From an uncultured virus (IMG/VR IMGVR_UViG_3300008262_000044) (lineage: Duplodnaviria > Heunggongvirae > Uroviricota > Caudoviricetes), in IMG/VR virus record IMGVR_UViG_3300008262_000044: a DNA stretch of 20,000 bases; one strand, 5' to 3'. Position 1 is the first letter of the stretch; the number at the start of each line of letters is the position of its first letter. Both the position numbers and the translations under genes were made by a program. Below, in pieces: positions 16,318 through 20,000 of this stretch. The notes below the pieces were generated by a model. That model was not told where the DNA came from and made no database searches. It saw only the letters and a list, made by a program, of their open reading frames with translations.

Positions 16318-16647
16318 TTATGTAATTTCTACGTAACTTACAACAACGTCAACAGAATCTGGTTTTGTACTGACAACTTTCATTTCGTTATCGCTCATTA
16401 AAATTAATTTTTCTCCACCATTGATTGCTCTTAACGTTTGAAACGGTGGAATAATTGTTTCTTTAATAAAGTATGCTGTAGTACTAGATGTATCTGTCAT
16501 TAACACACTAACCTGAACTGCTTCCTCTAACAAATTGGTCATACTAAATCCAATAATTGTAACTCTAGCAGAAGCTCCCGTTTGAATAACTTGTGTTGGT
16601 GTTGTTCCGATTTCTGGTATAACTGTATTTTTAAATGCTGTTGCCAT
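16318..16647 (-). CDS. Small all-beta phage structural protein, 109 aa (MATAFKN... type)
   Basis: ORF track. Starts 3 nt after the upstream stop, with AGGA inside the last upstream codons. Alternating hydrophobic strand pattern ending GEKLIL...VDVVVSYVEIT. Confidence 0.85.
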   Translation of the reverse strand: MATAFKNTVIPEIGTTPTQVIQTGASARVTIIGFSMTNLLEEAVQVSVLMTDTSSTTAYFIKETIIPPFQTLRAINGGEKLILMSDNEMKVVSTKPDSVDVVVSYVEIT

Positions 16648-16650
16648 TTT

Positions 16651-18162
16651 TTATCCTAGTTGTATAACTTTCTCAATTGCAACGTCAATTGCTGTTTGTT
16701 CAGTAATAGCACCCTGAGCGCCGGATGGATTTTGCCATTGTAAACCGTTCCAAACTTCAACAACTTGAGTATCGGTGTTAAAACGAGTCATACCAACTAC
16801 TGCATATGCTGTTGGCCTTTCTAAGTTAGTACCAACTGGTAATACAAATCCGTTGGTGCCTTGAAATTTAAAATATCCATTTCCTGTTGGCTGTAATAAA
16901 CTTACTGCATCATTTACAGTGTTTGTAATAGTATTGTTATTAAATGCAAAATTTGCTAATCTAACTGCGCCAGTACCGTTGGCCTCAATAGTGAAATTTT
17001 CATTAGTTACAGTTGTTGTAATTAAATTACCTTGAATACTAATATTACCGACAGTTAACGAATTTTTAATGTCAAATCTAGTTGTATTCATATCCGCAAC
17101 TAACGAACCATTTGCATAAAATCTAATAGTATTGTCATTTGCACCCGGTGTTAGTTCTGCTGTAATTTTAGTATTACCGTCGGCATCTTCTACGCCCGAT
17201 AATCCATACCATGCTGATCCGTCATACCCTTCATATTTGCTAGTTTCCGTATTATATCTAATCATGCCCGGACTAGCGGGGAATGGTCTTTGAGCAATTG
17301 TTCCTTTTGGTAATGTAATTGCTTGAGTTGTATCAAATCTAACTACCCCAGATCCGTTAGGACGTATTAGTAAATCTTCGTTGTTGTCCCATGTAGAAAT
17401 TACATTTTCATTAATATCTATTTTTTCTAATCTTATAGCACCGGTACCGTTGGCTTTAAGTTCTAAATTAGCGTTTGAAGTAATTGTTCTAATAACATTA
17501 TCGAATATTTCAATATCAGATAGTAATATATTATTAGCATTAAGATTTTTCCATCTTAATTGCGGAGTTCCTAGCGTATAAGTATCCGTAGTTTCTGGTC
17601 TTAAATTGCTGGTAATACCTGCAACGATAGAAATGGTATCTGTTGCTTCATCACCAATTGTAATATTACCACCAATATTAATATTACCGTCTGCTGTAAT
17701 ATTTCCTGTTGTATATAAATTACCATATACATTAGCATCAGAAAATACTTCAACTTTACCAGTACCATTTGGTCTAAACTGTAAATTTGAATTTGAAACA
17801 GCAGTTGAAATTTGATTATTTTGAATTACTAGATCATCAACTTGAATCTTAGATTGATAAACAGTAAAGTCATTGTTAGCAGGTAACAACGATAAAGTGT
17901 TTGTAGTTGAACTTAAATTGTTGCCATTGAAAATTAGATTAGCTATTCTTGATTCGTTAACAACTTCTAAATCTATGGTACGTGTAGTACCTGCAACATC
18001 TAAATCGTATTGAGGATTATTCGTGTTGATGCCCACTCTTGGAGTTGCATTAGTGGGTGATGCCACTTTTAAGAATAATAGATCGGTCTCAAAAGCCAGA
18101 TCTACTCCGTTACGAAGCAAATTTGCCTTTAAGAGCGGACCGGAAATACGACCAACAGCCAT
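16651..18162 (-). CDS. Tail-fibre-like structural protein, 503 aa; paralog of the 497-aa protein
   Basis: ORF track. GAGGAG SD. Internal IxxNxIxT..SNxNLxxxxNGTGxV repeats. Two LPxGTxxxRP...GMxR(Y/F)NT...E..G..W motifs. Confidence 0.88.
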   Translation of the reverse strand: MAVGRISGPLLKANLLRNGVDLAFETDLLFLKVASPTNATPRVGINTNNPQYDLDVAGTTRTIDLEVVNESRIANLIFNGNNLSSTTNTLSLLPANNDFTVYQSKIQVDDLVIQNNQISTAVSNSNLQFRPNGTGKVEVFSDANVYGNLYTTGNITADGNINIGGNITIGDEATDTISIVAGITSNLRPETTDTYTLGTPQLRWKNLNANNILLSDIEIFDNVIRTITSNANLELKANGTGAIRLEKIDINENVISTWDNNEDLLIRPNGSGVVRFDTTQAITLPKGTIAQRPFPASPGMIRYNTETSKYEGYDGSAWYGLSGVEDADGNTKITAELTPGANDNTIRFYANGSLVADMNTTRFDIKNSLTVGNISIQGNLITTTVTNENFTIEANGTGAVRLANFAFNNNTITNTVNDAVSLLQPTGNGYFKFQGTNGFVLPVGTNLERPTAYAVVGMTRFNTDTQVVEVWNGLQWQNPSGAQGAITEQTAIDVAIEKVIQLG

Positions 18163-18262
18163 TAGCTCTCCTCAATACCCCGTGTTTCACGGTTAACCAC
18201 CTTACATTGCGGGTTTACCACAGTTTGATTACACAAGCATTTGGTCTACGCTTGTACTAGTT
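18163..18262 (-). promoter_or_regulatory. Candidate structured 5' leader RNA of the 503-aa gene
   Basis: 100 nt between ATAAATA and ATG, richer in G+C than the other spacers. Contains hairpins TACAAGCGT-AGACCAA-ATGCTTGTG (18256-18232) and CCGTG-AAA-CACGG (18192-18180). Confidence 0.5.
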
Positions 18263-18269
18263 TATTTAT
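18263..18269 (-). promoter_or_regulatory. Putative late promoter ATAAATA
   Basis: AATAAATA in intergenic DNA 12 nt after the stop of the 497-aa gene. Confidence 0.6.
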
Positions 18270-18281
18270 TCAAAATTGGAT

Positions 18282-19775
18282 TTAACCAAAGATGATGGTG
18301 TAAAGATCAATGATTTCTTCAAGTTGAGTTTGAGTAACAGTCGAACTTGGTCCAATTATAAGAGCATACTCGGTTCCGTTGAATACTTCTAAATTACCGG
18401 TGTCGGTATTTAAACGGAAGTCGCCAGTTTGAGTACCCGGTGGGGCTGTTGTAATAGTTGGACCGTTGGGAATAGCTAGCGCATTGGTTCCAGCAATTTT
18501 AAAATACCCTCGGCCTACAGTATTTAAAAGTATGTTTTGATTGGTGCTGAAAATTGTGTCGCCGCTAAATTTAAATTGTTCAACACTTAAATCTCCAGTA
18601 CCTTGCGCTTCGATCCTAATATCACCGTTAAGTACTGATGTACTGATTTTACTAACTGTTGATTCAATCGACAGTGTGTCATTTACAGAAATTTTGGTTG
18701 CATTGATTTTTGTTTGATCGATTGTGGTTTTTATTGCTCCACTAATTTGAAATTTAATAACATTACTGTTAACAGATTTTATGTCATCAATGTAGACTCG
18801 TGTGTTTCCGTCAAGATCAGAAACTTGAGTAAATCCCACAACTGTTCCACCAAACCCTTCAAAATTATTTTTTGTAGAATTAAATCTAAACTCTCCGTCA
18901 TTCAGTGATGATCGATCTCCAGTAGTGCCTACAGGTACTAATATTGCGTTAGTTTTATCAAATACAACAGTTGGATTAAAAACTACAGTTGTTCCAACAT
19001 TATTCGAAATTACATTATTGGTGAATCGTATTTGTTCTGCTAAAACGCCGCCGGTCGCACTACCAGATAATTCTAAGTTAGAATTAGAGATAGTAGTTTT
19101 AATAGTGTTGGCTTCAATTCTAATATTTTCTAAATCTATATAATCTGAAAGATATGCTGTTCGCCATCTAAAATTTGGAATTCCTAAAGAATAAGTTCCT
19201 GTAGTAGATGGATTTAAGTTTTGTGAAAATACCGGATTAATTGCTACAGTATCATTAGGATCCGCACCAATAGCAATTTGGCCGCCTATAGATACATCTC
19301 CGTCAACTAATATATTACCAGATAGATATAGATTTCCGTTAATATCCAATTGCTGATAAAAATTAACATCGCCAGTTCCGGATGGATCTAGATTAATATT
19401 AACGTTACTATTTTTTGAGCCAATGACATTACCATCAAAATATAGATCATCTGTTTCATTTCGATCTATAAGGATAACACCATTTTGTCCCCCGGCCGCT
19501 TGCAGATATAACGGTCCGTTGATTGTTTTTAATTGATCATTTTCAACAATAATGCCTTCTAATGTGGCACGAGGAGCAATTAATTCAACTGTACGAGTTT
19601 TACCATCTATTTGTAGAGTTCTACTGAAAGCATCGGTATTGATACCAATGCCTCCCGCACCGCTATTAAGACCTACGTCAAGATATAATAAGTCTGTATC
19701 AAAGGCGAGATCAACATCCTGTCTAAGCAGGTTGTCTGCAAGCATGGGGCCGGAAATTCTACCAATATCTGACAT
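18282..19775 (-). CDS. Tail-fibre-like structural protein, 497 aa; paralog of the 503-aa protein
   Basis: ORF track. AAGGAAG SD. N-terminus IGRISGPMLADNLLRQDVDLAFDTDLLYLDV aligns with VGRISGPLLKANLLRNGVDLAFETDLLFLKV and is collinear throughout. Confidence 0.88.
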   Translation of the reverse strand: MSDIGRISGPMLADNLLRQDVDLAFDTDLLYLDVGLNSGAGGIGINTDAFSRTLQIDGKTRTVELIAPRATLEGIIVENDQLKTINGPLYLQAAGGQNGVILIDRNETDDLYFDGNVIGSKNSNVNINLDPSGTGDVNFYQQLDINGNLYLSGNILVDGDVSIGGQIAIGADPNDTVAINPVFSQNLNPSTTGTYSLGIPNFRWRTAYLSDYIDLENIRIEANTIKTTISNSNLELSGSATGGVLAEQIRFTNNVISNNVGTTVVFNPTVVFDKTNAILVPVGTTGDRSSLNDGEFRFNSTKNNFEGFGGTVVGFTQVSDLDGNTRVYIDDIKSVNSNVIKFQISGAIKTTIDQTKINATKISVNDTLSIESTVSKISTSVLNGDIRIEAQGTGDLSVEQFKFSGDTIFSTNQNILLNTVGRGYFKIAGTNALAIPNGPTITTAPPGTQTGDFRLNTDTGNLEVFNGTEYALIIGPSSTVTQTQLEEIIDLYTIIFG

Positions 19776-19792
19776 GACTTCTTCCTTTTAAC

Positions 19793-19799
19793 TATTTAT
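19793..19799 (-). promoter_or_regulatory. Putative late promoter ATAAATA
   Basis: AATAAATA in intergenic DNA, 17 nt before ATG at 19775. Confidence 0.6.
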
Positions 19800-19817
19800 T
19801 GGAAGAGCAGATAGATT

Positions 19818-20000
19818 TTACTGATCAAAACCGTAGTAGATTGTGATTTCTTTACCTAAGGGAACTGCGGATAAAAAATTAAGATACGTGCCGGATGGGT
19901 ATCCTACTGGATTTGTTACTATGGTAAAGTTTGATGTAGAAATTTGAATAACGTTTTCAACCAAAACAATTATGTTATCTGCACTGGCAGGTACAAAAGT
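19818..20000 (-). CDS. C-terminal 60 aa of an upstream phage structural protein (5' end beyond window)
   Basis: Not in the ORF track. Hand translation TFVPASADNIIVLVENVIQISTSNFTIVTNPVGYPSGTYLNFLSAVPLGKEITIYYGFDQ* has the IxVxVxNVxQ...(Y/F)T...LxFxxAxPxGxxIxI pattern of phage beta-sandwich modules. Confidence 0.8.
   Translation of the reverse strand, partial: TFVPASADNIIVLVENVIQISTSNFTIVTNPVGYPSGTYLNFLSAVPLGKEITIYYGFDQ

Noticed and set aside
18163..18262. c-di-GMP-I riboswitch, hammerhead ribozyme or terminator as identity of the leader
   Set aside because: GGTAAACC resembles the c-di-GMP-I start but the GACGCAAAGC-type core is missing. There is no CTGAnGA hammerhead core, and the hairpins lack a U-tract on the coding strand.
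2..19775. Specific T4 gene names (gp7, gp34, VrlC etc.) or host assignment
   Set aside because: Motifs support a generic virion fibre or structural role only. Orthology and host cannot be established without searches.
837..19791. All plus-strand ORFs in the track (60-146 aa)
   Set aside because: They lie antisense to long minus-strand genes, mostly start at GTG/TTG, and read as P/V/T-rich mirror translations of G/T/N-rich codons. No recognisable motifs.
2..20000. Alternative genetic code (stop-codon reassignment)
   Set aside because: All eight visible stops are TAA, but the long ORFs are uninterrupted under the standard code, so there is no positive evidence of recoding. TAA bias is expected in AT-rich DNA.

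Overview
AT-rich, densely coding window from a large tailed dsDNA phage, most likely a T4-like or jumbo myovirus-type genome (inferred from protein motifs and a recurrent T4-late-like ATAAATA box). All nine credible genes lie on the minus strand and encode virion-appendage or tail-fibre-like structural proteins. In transcription order: a 5'-truncated gene (19818-20000); two paralogous fibre-like proteins (497 and 503 aa); two small proteins (109 and 124 aa); a 1114-aa protein with ten CBM5/12-like repeats plus a beta-helix; a 2471-aa mosaic protein; an intrinsic terminator; a 355-aa Mtd_N-like fibre; and a >1323-aa paralog of the 2471-aa protein that runs off the left edge. The ORF track missed both edge genes. 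Most notable: (i) the two giant paralogs share one core split at the same sites and filled with different, recursively nested domain insertions; (ii) each giant gene follows a gene ending in -AIALGG, suggesting a plug-and-socket assembly code; (iii) a 100-nt structured leader precedes the 503-aa gene; (iv) hairpins enclose late-promoter boxes and sequester ribosome-binding sites. No enzymes, RNA genes, CRISPR or mobile elements were recognised. Family names come from motif recognition by eye, not from database searches.
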